From positions 32,001 through 96,000 of the forward strand of contig JBBRRY010000002.1 of NCBI GenBank assembly GCA_038245905.1: a stretch of 64,000 bases of DNA. Direction: 5' to 3'. Source of the DNA: Thermoanaerobaculia bacterium (GTDB taxonomy: Bacteria > Acidobacteriota > Thermoanaerobaculia > UBA5066). Under the pieces are notes generated by a model, which saw nothing but the letters and a program-made list of their open reading frames with translations, was not told where the DNA came from and made no database searches. Positions 17,197 through 27,168 of the stretch are shown in pieces (positions within the stretch are counted from its first letter, which is position 1; the number at the start of each line of letters is the position of its first letter). A program made the position numbers and the translations under genes.

Positions 17197-18705
17197 ATGG
17201 TCCGCCTGACGCGCCAGGCCGGCGTGCTTTTGCACCCGACGTCGTTGCCGTCGCGCTTCGGCGTGGGGGACCTGGGTCCGGCCGCCGACGCCTTCCTCGA
17301 CTGGGCGTCGGAGGCGGGGCTGAGGCTCTGGCAGGTCCTGTCCCCGGGTCCGACCGGCCCCCACCATTCTCCCTACGACGGCCTCTCCGCGTTCGCCGGG
17401 AATCCGCTCCTCGTCTCGCCCGAGTGGCTCGTCGAGGAGGGCCTCCTGCCGGCCGGCGCCCTCGACGACGCCCCGGACTTTCCGGCTGACCGTGTCGACT
17501 GGGAGCGCGTGGTGCCGTTCCGCCGGCGGCTTCTCGAAGATTCGTTTCGCCATACGCGTTCCCTCGGCGGAAGGATCGAAGAAGAGATCGCGCGCTTCCA
17601 GAACGCCTCGTCACAGTCCGCATGGCTCGCGGACTGGGCGCTCTTCGCTGCCCTTCGCGAACGAAACGAGGCGCGGCCCTGGACCGAGTGGGACCCAGCC
17701 CTCGCGCACCGCGAGGAGGCCGCCCTCGCCGCGGCGCGGGCCGAGCTCGCCGGCGAGATCGCCTTCCACACCTACTCGCAATTCCTCTTCTTCCGTCAGT
17801 GGCAACGGGTCAAAGCCGCCGCGAACGCGCGCGGCATCTCGATCCTCGGAGACGTGCCCATCTACGTCGCGGGAGACAGCGCCGACGTCTGGGCGCACCG
17901 CCGGCTGTTCGCCCTCGGAGAGGACGGGCGGCCCACGGCGGTGGCGGGCGTTCCGCCGGACGCCTTCAGCGCGGACGGCCAGCTCTGGGGTCATCCGCTC
18001 TATCGTTGGGACGTCCTCGCCGACGAGGGCTACGACTGGTGGATCGAGCGGATTCGCCTCAATCTCCGGCTCGCGGACGCGGTGCGCCTCGACCACTTCC
18101 GCGGCTTTTCCGCATATTGGGAAGTGCCCGCCGGCGCCGCTACCGCGCGCGCGGGGCGCTGGGTGAACGGACCGGGCCTCATGCTCTTCATGGCGATCCA
18201 GCACGCGCTCGGAGACGTCGCGCTCGTGGCCGAAGATCTCGGCGTTCTCACGGACGAGGTGAGGCGGCTCCTCGAGGTTCTCGGCCTGCCGGGTATGAAG
18301 GTGCTTCAGTTCGCCTTCGGCGAGCTCGACAGCGAGCACCTGCCGCACCGTCACGTTTCCAACAGCGTCGTCTATACGGGCACCCACGATAACGACACGA
18401 CCCGCGCCTGGTTCGCGACGCTCGACGAAGACGCGAGGACCCGCTTTCGCGACTACCTCGGCACGACGGGAGAGGACGCGGCCTGGGATCTCATCCGCGC
18501 CGCGTTCTCTTCCGTCGCGGAGCGCGCGATCGTGCCGCTGCAGGACATCCTCGATCTCGGAGCGGAGGGCCGCATGAACGTGCCGGGGCGCGCCGGCGAG
18601 AACTGGGACTGGCGCGCCTCGAAGGATGCGTTCACGCCCGAATGCGCCGCACGCCTCCGGCACCTCGCGACACTGACGGGACGCGCGGCCGGCCCGAGGA
18701 GCTAG
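17197..18705 (+). CDS. malQ: 4-alpha-glucanotransferase (amylomaltase, GH77)
   Basis: GVLLHPTSLP, GVPPDAFSADGQLWG, RLDHFRGF, AEDLG, YTGTHDNDT, RMNVPG. Confidence 0.96.
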   Translation: MVRLTRQAGVLLHPTSLPSRFGVGDLGPAADAFLDWASEAGLRLWQVLSPGPTGPHHSPYDGLSAFAGNPLLVSPEWLVEEGLLPAGALDDAPDFPADRVDWERVVPFRRRLLEDSFRHTRSLGGRIEEEIARFQNASSQSAWLADWALFAALRERNEARPWTEWDPALAHREEAALAAARAELAGEIAFHTYSQFLFFRQWQRVKAAANARGISILGDVPIYVAGDSADVWAHRRLFALGEDGRPTAVAGVPPDAFSADGQLWGHPLYRWDVLADEGYDWWIERIRLNLRLADAVRLDHFRGFSAYWEVPAGAATARAGRWVNGPGLMLFMAIQHALGDVALVAEDLGVLTDEVRRLLEVLGLPGMKVLQFAFGELDSEHLPHRHVSNSVVYTGTHDNDTTRAWFATLDEDARTRFRDYLGTTGEDAAWDLIRAAFSSVAERAIVPLQDILDLGAEGRMNVPGRAGENWDWRASKDAFTPECAARLRHLATLTGRAAGPRS

Positions 18706-20018
18706 CTTCTCCCGCTGCCGGGGACCCGCTCGGACGGCAGCAGGATGACCGACTCCCCGAGCCCGCCCGCCGCGCTGCCGCCGCGATACGCTTCTTCCCC
18801 GTGCACCTGGCGGTCGAGGCCTTCCAGCTCGGCGCGAAGCTCGACCCGGAGCGGCGTGACGGCCTTCACGAGGAGGAGAACGGCGGCCGTGGCCGCCGCG
18901 GTGTATAGAAACACGACCGCGACCGCGCCGATCTGGACGCCGAGAAGCGCCGCGCCCCCCGCGAGGAGCCCGTTGCCGCCGTCCGGGTTCGCCGCCTTCG
19001 AGGCGAAGACGCCAGTCAGGATCGAACCGGTGATCCCGCCGATTCCGTGGCACGCGAAGACGTCGAGCGTGTCGTCGAGCGACGTACGCGCCCGAAGGCG
19101 CAGGGCCGTGAAGCTCGCGAGGGCCGTGAGCGCTCCGATCGCGACCGCGGAGAGCGGCGACACGAAGCCGGCCCCCGGCGTGATGCCGACGAGCCCGACG
19201 ACCGCGCCCGTCGCCGCGCCGACCGCCGTCGCATGGCCGCCAAAGTGGTTTTCGAGGAGGAGCCAGGTGAGGAGGGCTGCCGCCGCCCCGGCATTCGTCG
19301 TGACGAACGCGAGCGACGCGATGCCGTTCGCGGCGAGCGCCGATCCCGCGTTGAAGCCGAACCAGCCGAACCACAGCAGACCCGAGCCGAGGAGCACATA
19401 TGGGACGTTGTGCGGGATCAGCGCGATGCGCTTGTGGTCCTGCCGCGCGCCGAGCAACCGCGCGGCAACGAGAGCAGCCGTCCCGGCCGTCACGTGCACG
19501 ACCGTGCCGCCGGCGAAATCGAGCGCGCCCCATCCCCGCAGGAATCCGCCGGTGCCCCAGACCCAATGCGCAACCGGGGCGTAGACGACGAGACTCCAAA
19601 GTCCGATGAAGAGGACGTAAGCGCGGAAGCTCATCCTCTCGACGATCGCGCCCGAGATGAGCGCGGGCGTGATCGTCGCGAACATCCCCTGAAAGACGAA
19701 GAACGCGAGGTGCGGAACCGTGGGCGCATAGTCGGACTGGGGCGCCGCTCCGACCCCGGAAAGGCCGAGCCACTTCAACCCGCCGAGGAACGCCGAACCC
19801 GGAGCAAACGCGAGCGAATAGCCCGCCGCCATCCAGACGAGGGCGCCCGTACCCATCGCAACGTACGTCATCATCAGCGTGTTGAGCGTGTTCTTCCGCC
19901 GCACGAGGCCGCTGTAAAAGAAGGCCAGCCCTGGGTTCATGACGAAAACGAGCGCGGCCGAGCCGAGGAGCCACGCGGTGTCGCCGGCGCTGATCGCGGG
20001 AAGAGCCGCGCCATTCAC
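18702..20018 (-). CDS. amtB: Ammonium transporter
   Basis: PGLAFFYSG, FQGMFATITPALISG, DFAGGTVVH, LLWFGWFGFNAGS, DDTLDVFACHG. Confidence 0.97.
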   Translation of the reverse strand: MNGAALPAISAGDTAWLLGSAALVFVMNPGLAFFYSGLVRRKNTLNTLMMTYVAMGTGALVWMAAGYSLAFAPGSAFLGGLKWLGLSGVGAAPQSDYAPTVPHLAFFVFQGMFATITPALISGAIVERMSFRAYVLFIGLWSLVVYAPVAHWVWGTGGFLRGWGALDFAGGTVVHVTAGTAALVAARLLGARQDHKRIALIPHNVPYVLLGSGLLWFGWFGFNAGSALAANGIASLAFVTTNAGAAAALLTWLLLENHFGGHATAVGAATGAVVGLVGITPGAGFVSPLSAVAIGALTALASFTALRLRARTSLDDTLDVFACHGIGGITGSILTGVFASKAANPDGGNGLLAGGAALLGVQIGAVAVVFLYTAAATAAVLLLVKAVTPLRVELRAELEGLDRQVHGEEAYRGGSAAGGLGESVILLPSERVPGSGRS

Positions 20019-20416
20019 GCCGGGTCTCCCTTCGCGACACGGATCGCGCGCGCCTGGACCGCTCCGGCCGAAACGGGCGTCAGCGCCTGGACGTCCTGCT
20101 CGCCCGTCCGGATCCGGATCACGCGATCGAGCGGCTGGACAAAAATCTTTCCGTCGCCGACCTCGCCGGTGCGGGCGCCCGCGATGATGGCCGCGATCGT
20201 CGCCTCGACGAACGGCTCGGAGACAGCGATGTCGATCCGCACTTTCTCGACGAACTCGAAGACGAGCGTCGTGCCGCGGTACTGCTCGACCGTTTCATGC
20301 TCGCCGCCGTGCCCCTGCACGCGCGACAGGGAAATCCCCGTGACGCCGGCGCGGAACAGCTCGGCCTTTACGTCGGCGAGCTTCTCGGGGCGGATGATCG
20401 TGGTGATGAGTTTCAT
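20015..20416 (-). CDS. glnK: Nitrogen regulatory protein P-II
   Basis: MKLITTIIRPEKL...YRG...ARTGEVGDGKIFV...IRIRTGE; overlaps the amtB start. Confidence 0.95.
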   Translation of the reverse strand: MKLITTIIRPEKLADVKAELFRAGVTGISLSRVQGHGGEHETVEQYRGTTLVFEFVEKVRIDIAVSEPFVEATIAAIIAGARTGEVGDGKIFVQPLDRVIRIRTGEQDVQALTPVSAGAVQARAIRVAKGDPA

Positions 20417-20500
20417 GTGCAATCTCCCGCTTTCGCGCGTCGACGGCGCGTTGTATCGTCTTTCGGGGTCGAAGAGAAGCCTCGGCTCCTGGAGGTCTTC

Positions 20501-21082
20501 GTGGTTCGGACGGTCCGGGAAGAACCGGGGGGCGGGACCGGCACGAGCGGGACCTACCCAGCCGGGGACGAGCAGGACGTCGTCCTGAAGGACGGCGCGG
20601 CGCTGCACATGCGCCCGATCCGGGACGCCGACGAGGCGGGCCTCCTCGCGCTCTACGACCGCCTCTCTCCCGAGAGCCTCTATTTCCGCTTTTTCGCCGT
20701 GCCCGACAAGGACGCGGGGAAAGTCGCGTACCTCACGCATGTCGACTACGAAACGCGCTATGCCGTCGTCGCCGAGACGGCGGGAGCTATCGTGGGCGTC
20801 GCGCGATGGGAGCGCCTCGGCGTCCCGCCGGGCCACGCGGAAGTCGCCTTCACGGTAGCCGACGACTTTCAGGGGCGCGGCCTGGGCAGTATTCTTTTCC
20901 GGCGCCTCGCCGTGCTGGCCCGCGCTCGGGGAATCGCGGTATTCGAGGCCGAGGTCTTGAAGAACAACGAGCGCATGCTGCGCGTCTTCGAGCGCACCGG
21001 CCTCCCGACAGCGACGCGCGATCAGGGAAGCATTCTGACGATCCTCATGACGCTGGATCCGGCGGGCTCCCCGCCAGCCTGA
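20501..21082 (+). CDS. Stand-alone GNAT acetyltransferase (similar to the GNAT domain of Pat-type protein acetyltransferases)
   Basis: GTG after GGAGG; DVVLKDG..HMRPIR..D, LSPESLYFRFF, AEVAFTVADDFQGRGLG, N..ML.VF. Confidence 0.85.
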   Translation: MVRTVREEPGGGTGTSGTYPAGDEQDVVLKDGAALHMRPIRDADEAGLLALYDRLSPESLYFRFFAVPDKDAGKVAYLTHVDYETRYAVVAETAGAIVGVARWERLGVPPGHAEVAFTVADDFQGRGLGSILFRRLAVLARARGIAVFEAEVLKNNERMLRVFERTGLPTATRDQGSILTILMTLDPAGSPPA

Positions 21083-21116
21083 TCCGGCGCCCGTATCCCT
21101 ATACACTTGCCGCGCG

Positions 21117-22253
21117 GTGGCCGCGGAACCACTTCCCAAGAGCATCGGCCGGTACGAGATTCTCCGCCTGCTCGGCCGGGGCGGAATGGGAGAGGTCTAC
21201 CTCGCGTCGGACTCCGCGCTGGGCCGCCAGGTCGCCATCAAGATCCTCCCGGCGGCTCTCCAGAGCGACGCGAAGATGCGCGGGCGTTTCATGAACGAAG
21301 CGCGCGCCGTCGCGACGCTGATCCATCCGAACGTGATCACGATCCACGACCTCGCGACGACGGACGCGCGCGACATGGGGGTCCCTCCGGGAGCCCTCTA
21401 TCTCGTCCTCGAATACCTCGAGGGAGAGGGCCTGGACGAGATCATGGACAGGCGGCGGCTCTCGATCGCCGAGTGCCTCGACATCGCGATCCAGGCGCTC
21501 GAGGGCCTGAAGGTGGCGCATCAGAGCCGCATCCTGCACCGGGACATCACGCCGTCGAACATCATGCTGGCGCCGAGCGGCCACGTGAAGGTGCTCGACT
21601 TCGGACTCAGCAAGATTCTCTCCGAGGGCGCCCGCGACACGGCGCGGTCTCACCTCCATACGGGCGAAGGGATGATCGTCGGCACACTCGACTACCTGTC
21701 GCCGGAGCAGGCCCTCGGCAACCCCCTCGACGAGCGGTCCGACCTCTTCTCGTTCGGCATCGTGTTCTACCAGATGCTGGCCGGCGTGCATCCGTTCTCG
21801 GGTGCGAGCGTGACGCAGATGGTGGCCAAGATGATGACCAAGGAGGCGGACCCCTGGCCCGAGCCCGAGCTCGTGCCCGAAAGCCTGAAACAGATCGTTG
21901 CGCGCGCCCTCCGGAAAGAGCCCGCCGAACGTTACGGAAGCGCGGGCCAGATGATTCTCGACCTCGTGGTCGCCCGGCGCGAGCTGCACGCGAGACCCGC
22001 CCGGGGGGCCGTCACGCGAGAAGTCCCCGCAGCAAGACCCGTCGCGGGCTCCGTCGCCGACTCAACGGCCCCGCTTCGGCGGCCGCGCTCCTCGGCCGCG
22101 GCCATGACGAGCGAAATGCCAGCGCCCCGAAAGGGGCCTCTTCTTCTCCTCCTCGGCGCGAGCCTCTCGTTGATCGCCGTGACCGCCCTCTTCGCGACCC
22201 GCGGCTGCGGACGGCTCCGGACGCTCGCCCCCCCGCCGGCGTCGGCCCGCTGA
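21117..22253 (+). CDS. Hanks-type Ser/Thr protein kinase with a C-terminal TM segment
   Basis: LGRGGMGEVY, VAIK, HRDITPSN, VKVLDFGL, GTLDYLSPEQ, SDLFSFG. Confidence 0.93.
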   Translation: MAAEPLPKSIGRYEILRLLGRGGMGEVYLASDSALGRQVAIKILPAALQSDAKMRGRFMNEARAVATLIHPNVITIHDLATTDARDMGVPPGALYLVLEYLEGEGLDEIMDRRRLSIAECLDIAIQALEGLKVAHQSRILHRDITPSNIMLAPSGHVKVLDFGLSKILSEGARDTARSHLHTGEGMIVGTLDYLSPEQALGNPLDERSDLFSFGIVFYQMLAGVHPFSGASVTQMVAKMMTKEADPWPEPELVPESLKQIVARALRKEPAERYGSAGQMILDLVVARRELHARPARGAVTREVPAARPVAGSVADSTAPLRRPRSSAAAMTSEMPAPRKGPLLLLLGASLSLIAVTALFATRGCGRLRTLAPPPASAR

Positions 22254-22380
22254 ACACGCCGCCATGACGAAACCTTGTTGCGATCGCCGTCACACGGATC
22301 TTGAGATAGGCTTCACGCGAACTTCACGTCCCCTGCATCTAGGGGTGACGATCATTGAGCCGTTCGAAGGAGGATTTTCG

Positions 22381-25335
22381 ATGTCGCGATCGTTCCGTTC
22401 TCTCGCGATTCTCACCGCGGTCATGGCCCTTGCGCTGGCGTGGCCCGCCGCGCCGCTTTTCGCGCAGAGCAGCGCGGGATCCATCTCGGGCACCGTGGCG
22501 GACGCTGCCGGAGGGCCCCTCCCCGGCGCAAGCGTGACCGCGAAGAACGCGAAGACGGGGGCCACGCGGGCCACCGTCTCCAACGCTGCCGGCGCGTTCA
22601 ACTTTCCTCTTCTCGGCGTCGGCGTTTACAGCGTCACCGCGGACCTCTCCGGCTTCGGCTCCGCGACGAAAACCGGCATCGAGCTGAATGTCGGCGGCGA
22701 CGTCTCGCTCAAGTTCGTGCTCGCGCTCTCGAGCGTGAAGACGGCCGTGACCGTCACCGAAGAGGCGCCCCTGATCGAGACGACGCGCACGCAGCAAAGC
22801 GCCGTCGTGAACGAGAACTACATCCAGAACCTCCCCACGAACGGGCGCAATTTCATCGACTTCGTCCTCACGACGCCGGGCGTCACGAAGGACCCGCGCC
22901 TTGGCGACATCAGCTTCGCCGGTCAGCGCGGCACACTGAACAGCCTGGTGATCGACGGCGCCGACAACAACAACACGTTCTTCGGCCAGGCCCTTGGCCG
23001 CACGGGCTCGGGCCGCGCGCCCTACCAGTTCAGCCAGGATGCCGTGAAGGAGTTCCAGGTCAACCGTAACGCATACACGGCCGAGTTCGGCCGGGCGGGC
23101 GGCGCGGTCATCAACGTCGTGACGAAGTCGGGCACGAACGAGTTCCACGGAAGCGCGTTTGAGTTCTTCCGCGACAAGGGCATGAACGCGAACGACTACA
23201 TCAACGTGATCAACGGCCGCGACAAGAGCAACTACCACTACAACCAGTTCGGCGCGAGTCTCGGAGGACCGATCCTCCGAGACCGGCTCTTTTTCTTCGT
23301 GAACTACGACGGACAACGCAATACGAACGGACAGCCCGTCATCCTCTCCACCGGCGCCCTCCCGACGGACGCAAACACGGCCGCCGGCCTTGCGAAGCTC
23401 ACCCCCCTCGCGAGCCCCTACGACCGCGGCCAGAACCAGGACGTCTTCCTGGCGAAGGCCGACTATGACGCGGGCTCCTCGGCGCACGTCTCCGTTCGCT
23501 ACAACCGCCAGGACTTCACGGGCGTGAACAACGAGAACGGCGGCACGACACAGTCCGTCACGCACTCGGGCAACTCGCTCGTCAAGACGGATACCGTCAC
23601 CGCCTCCCTCACTAATTCCTTCGGGACGTCGCTTTTCAACGAGCTGCGCGGCCAGTACGCGAGGGACTCCGAGCCCGGCCTCGCGAACAGCTCCGACCCC
23701 GAGGCGCTGATTCAGGACGTCGGAAACTTCGCCTTCACGATCGGGCGGAACAATTTCAGCCCGCGCGAGACGACGATTACGCGCTACCAGGCCGCCGACG
23801 CCGTGACCTACCTCTTCGGCAGCCACGCGATCAAGGGCGGCGTCGACTTCAACCGCGACCTGATCCTGAACTGGTTCCCCGGCAACTTCTCCGGCAGCTA
23901 TACCTTCAACTCGATCGCGTCTTACAACCTCGGACAACCCATCCGGTTCGTCCAGGCGTTCGGGGGCCCCGGCACGAGCGGCCCTTTCACGAACCCCGAT
24001 CTCTCGGAGATCGGAATCTTCCTGCAGGACGAGTGGCGGCCGACCCCGAACCTCACGCTCAACCTCGGCGTGCGCTACGACAAGCAGGGCATCGCGCAAC
24101 CCACGGTCCGTAACCCCGACGCCCAGCTCCTCGCGGCGGGCATCGACACGAGCGTCGTCCCGGAGGACACGAACAACGTCGGCGTCCGCCTCGGCTTCGC
24201 ATGGACGCCGAAGGGCCAGGACACAACGGTCGTTCGCGGCGGCTACGGCATGTTCTACGGCCGGACGCCTTCGATCATGATCGGGACGGCGATGTCGAAC
24301 AACGGCGTCAACGTGCAGACGCTCACGTTCACGGGCGCGCAAATGCCGGCGTACCCGAACATCTTCCCCTCGATCCCGACGGGCGTCGCCCTGCCGAAGC
24401 CGACGATCTTCGTCTTCGACCCGAGCTTCGAGAACCCGCTTGTCCACCAGGCGAGCCTCGGCATCGAGCATGCGGTGTCGAACGACTACTCGGTCGGCCT
24501 GTCCTATCTCTACGTGAAGGGCACCAAGCTACAGCGCTCGACGGACATCAACGTCGGATCCCCATCCGTCGTCAACTTCACGGACGCCGCGGGAAACGTC
24601 TACCCCATCACACGCTACGGCGCCGACCGTCCCTTCACGAACTTCGCGCGCGTCGTCCAGTTCCAGAGTACGGCGGAATCCAACTACAACGGCGTCACGC
24701 TCGAGCTCAACAAGCGCTTCTCGAACAACTGGCAGGCGCGCGTCGCATACACGTTCGGCAAGGTCCTCGACACGAAGCCCGACGCGACCTCGGTCGTCCC
24801 GGGCGGCGGCGACGACGCCAAGCAGGCCTCCGACCCGAAGAACTTCCAGGCGGACTACGCCCCGGGAGACGCCGACCAGCGCCACCGCATCGTCTTCTCG
24901 GCCTACTGGAGCCTTCCTTACTACCGCAGCGCGGGCGGCGTCGAGCAGGCCCTGTTCGGAGGATGGTCGCTCTCGGGAATCGTGACGCTCGCGAGCGGCC
25001 AGCCGTATTCGCCGATCCTCTCGCCGCTCACCGACATCAACAGCGACGGAAACAACCGCAACGACCGCGCCCCCGGCTTCTCGCGCAATTCGTTCAACTA
25101 CCCGACGTTTTTCTCGATCGACCCGCGCATCACGAAGGACGTCCCGCTCGGCGGGGTGACGCTCCAGGTGATCCTCGAAGCCTTCAACGTGTTGAATCGC
25201 TCGAACATCGTGAGCGTGAACCAGGGCTACTACGGCGTGAACGGAACGGTGCTCGCGCCTCTCGCGAGCTTCGGCGCGCCGACCACCTCGTTCGGCCCCC
25301 GCATCCTGCAGCTCGCGGCCAAGGTCATCTTCTGA
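22381..25335 (+). CDS. TonB-dependent receptor, Oar-like, with an N-terminal carboxypeptidase-regulatory-like domain
   Basis: RBS GGAGGA; signal peptide; GSISGTVAD..G..LPGASVT; LPTNGRNF; AEFGRAGGAVINVVTKSGTNEFHGS; C-terminal PRILQLAAKVIF. Confidence 0.92.
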   Translation: MSRSFRSLAILTAVMALALAWPAAPLFAQSSAGSISGTVADAAGGPLPGASVTAKNAKTGATRATVSNAAGAFNFPLLGVGVYSVTADLSGFGSATKTGIELNVGGDVSLKFVLALSSVKTAVTVTEEAPLIETTRTQQSAVVNENYIQNLPTNGRNFIDFVLTTPGVTKDPRLGDISFAGQRGTLNSLVIDGADNNNTFFGQALGRTGSGRAPYQFSQDAVKEFQVNRNAYTAEFGRAGGAVINVVTKSGTNEFHGSAFEFFRDKGMNANDYINVINGRDKSNYHYNQFGASLGGPILRDRLFFFVNYDGQRNTNGQPVILSTGALPTDANTAAGLAKLTPLASPYDRGQNQDVFLAKADYDAGSSAHVSVRYNRQDFTGVNNENGGTTQSVTHSGNSLVKTDTVTASLTNSFGTSLFNELRGQYARDSEPGLANSSDPEALIQDVGNFAFTIGRNNFSPRETTITRYQAADAVTYLFGSHAIKGGVDFNRDLILNWFPGNFSGSYTFNSIASYNLGQPIRFVQAFGGPGTSGPFTNPDLSEIGIFLQDEWRPTPNLTLNLGVRYDKQGIAQPTVRNPDAQLLAAGIDTSVVPEDTNNVGVRLGFAWTPKGQDTTVVRGGYGMFYGRTPSIMIGTAMSNNGVNVQTLTFTGAQMPAYPNIFPSIPTGVALPKPTIFVFDPSFENPLVHQASLGIEHAVSNDYSVGLSYLYVKGTKLQRSTDINVGSPSVVNFTDAAGNVYPITRYGADRPFTNFARVVQFQSTAESNYNGVTLELNKRFSNNWQARVAYTFGKVLDTKPDATSVVPGGGDDAKQASDPKNFQADYAPGDADQRHRIVFSAYWSLPYYRSAGGVEQALFGGWSLSGIVTLASGQPYSPILSPLTDINSDGNNRNDRAPGFSRNSFNYPTFFSIDPRITKDVPLGGVTLQVILEAFNVLNRSNIVSVNQGYYGVNGTVLAPLASFGAPTTSFGPRILQLAAKVIF

Positions 25336-26014
25336 GGAGAGTCAGAATCCTCTCGTAGTCTTCCGGGAGCTGGGCCTCGACGTCGAGGCCCAGCTCCTCG
25401 ACGACGATCCGCTCCGCGTGGAGGAGCGGCCGCGTGATTCCGGCGAGCGCCTCACGCAGCGCGTGGTTGCGAACACCGTGCCAGCGGCTGGCGCCCCCGT
25501 AGAAGTCGTCGCCCACGATCGGGTGGCCCACCGCGGATAGGTGGACGCGGATCTGGTGCGTGCGTCCGGTCTCGGGCGCAAGCGAGAGATCAGCGAGCGA
25601 CGAGAACCTCGCAAGCGTCGCGTAGCGCGTGACGGACGGCTTCCCGTCGCCGGAAACGCGCATCTTGCGCCCGTCCTTCGGGTCGCGTGAGAGAGAGCGG
25701 TCGATTGCCCCTTTCGCGGGCACGGGATGGCCCCAGACGAGCGCGCGGTATGTCTTTTGGGCGCGGCGCTCCTGAAACGAGAGACTGAGCGCGCGATGGG
25801 CGGCGGGCGTCTTCGCAAAGAGAACGACACCCGACGTCCCCGTGTCGAGGCGGTGGACGAGAAGCGGAAGGGGATCCGGCGGATCGACGCCACAGGCCGC
25901 GAGCAGACGCCGGACGGCATCTTCCGCCGACTTGCCTTCCTTCGAGGATGTCGCCATCGAGACGCCCGGGGGTTTGTCGAGCGCCAGGACGTCGTCGTTC
26001 TCGAAGAGGACCAC
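25325..26014 (-). CDS. RluA-family RNA pseudouridine synthase
   Basis: DKPPG, VHRLDTGTSG, KTYRALV, TGRTHQIRVH, GHPIVGD, LHA. Confidence 0.93.
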   Translation of the reverse strand: MVLFENDDVLALDKPPGVSMATSSKEGKSAEDAVRRLLAACGVDPPDPLPLLVHRLDTGTSGVVLFAKTPAAHRALSLSFQERRAQKTYRALVWGHPVPAKGAIDRSLSRDPKDGRKMRVSGDGKPSVTRYATLARFSSLADLSLAPETGRTHQIRVHLSAVGHPIVGDDFYGGASRWHGVRNHALREALAGITRPLLHAERIVVEELGLDVEAQLPEDYERILTLLRR

Positions 26015-26024
26015 CTCGCCGCCG

Positions 26025-26498
26025 TCAATCCACGTTCGTCATGACGACGCGGGACTCCGCGTAGGTGACGCGCGACGCGTAGCGGCGCTTTTTCACCACT
26101 TTCGTCTCGACGAGAACCATCCGTCCCGACGCCAGGCCTTCGGGAACGGACGCGTCCCTCGCGAGGGGGTATTTCACGAGCTGTCCCGCGGGCGACTTCA
26201 CCGTGATCGATCTTCCCGGCACGTATCCCGTCACGGTCGACGCGGCCGAACGCCCGAGCGTGACGGGCTTGCCCGAGGCGAGGCCCGACTTCAGCCGGAC
26301 GCGGCCGGCCGCCGGGGACGCGACGAGCGGCGGCGCGGAAACGGTCGGTCCGCTATCGGGCGTCGGGGCGGAAGCGGGTGCCGTCGTTTCCGGGACGGGT
26401 GTCGGGGCGGCCTCCCTCGCGGAGAGCCGCGACCCGGTCAGCGCCATCAGTGAAGCGAAAGCGACGCGGAAAATCGGCGGGGACGCGCCGGCTTTCAA
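26025..26498 (-). CDS. Exported hypothetical protein (Pro-rich linker plus small beta domain)
   Basis: Signal-like N-terminus; C-terminal TVTGYVPGRSITVK...VPEGLASG resembles the adjacent gene. Confidence 0.6.
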   Translation of the reverse strand: MKAGASPPIFRVAFASLMALTGSRLSAREAAPTPVPETTAPASAPTPDSGPTVSAPPLVASPAAGRVRLKSGLASGKPVTLGRSAASTVTGYVPGRSITVKSPAGQLVKYPLARDASVPEGLASGRMVLVETKVVKKRRYASRVTYAESRVVMTNVD

Positions 26499-27112
26499 CG
26501 GACCGGCGACTGCGCGGCGGAGAACTTGGACTTCGGCGGCGCCTTGGGCGGCGTCTGCCGCGACACGAGGTCTGCGGTCTTCCCGCTGCCGGAGCTCTCG
26601 AGCGGAACGCGCACGATGACGCGGTCTCCGGTCGCGAGACCTTCGTACACGCCCGCGCCCGGCGCGAGAGCCACGGTGCGCTTGCGCCCGTTCTTCTCGA
26701 CGATCGTGATCGAGACGCCCTTCGCGTAGGCCTTGACGCGTCCCCGGAGCGACACGAACGCCGCCTTGACCTCCGCCGGGCCGGTCGGGCCGGAAGGCGG
26801 CGCCGGAGCGGGCGCCCGCACGATGGTTCCGGTGCCCGTGACGCCGGCAACGCCCGTCGAGGGGGCCGGCGTCGCGGACGGATCCACCGCGCCGCGATTC
26901 GTTCGAACGTATCCCTCCGCGTCCGTCGGCATCGAGCCGCTCGGGCGCGCGACGCCTTCCTTGTTCGGCTGATCCGGGAGAGACGGCGCCACGACGTGCT
27001 GTTCGGCTGGCGTCGGCGCGGGCGCCGGCGGGATGGGCGTCGGCGCCTGCGCGAGTGCCGAGGCGCCGGCGACGGACGCGAAAGCGAGGACTGCGGCGAG
27101 CGCGACTTTCAT
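26495..27112 (-). CDS. Exported hypothetical protein, paralog of 26025-26498
   Basis: MKVALAAVLAFASVAGASALAQ signal peptide; GRVKAYAKGVSITIV...VYEGLATGDRVIV. Confidence 0.65.
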   Translation of the reverse strand: MKVALAAVLAFASVAGASALAQAPTPIPPAPAPTPAEQHVVAPSLPDQPNKEGVARPSGSMPTDAEGYVRTNRGAVDPSATPAPSTGVAGVTGTGTIVRAPAPAPPSGPTGPAEVKAAFVSLRGRVKAYAKGVSITIVEKNGRKRTVALAPGAGVYEGLATGDRVIVRVPLESSGSGKTADLVSRQTPPKAPPKSKFSAAQSPVR

Positions 27113-27168
27113 GTGCGAATTGTAGTCTTCGGGGTCACGGGTCCGCGGAGTGGTTCCCGCAATCGTCC

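Noticed and set aside
22290-22305. CACACG-GATC-TTGA upstream of the TonB receptor as another TTGA-type sigma54 promoter
   Set aside because: It lacks the invariant GG at -24.
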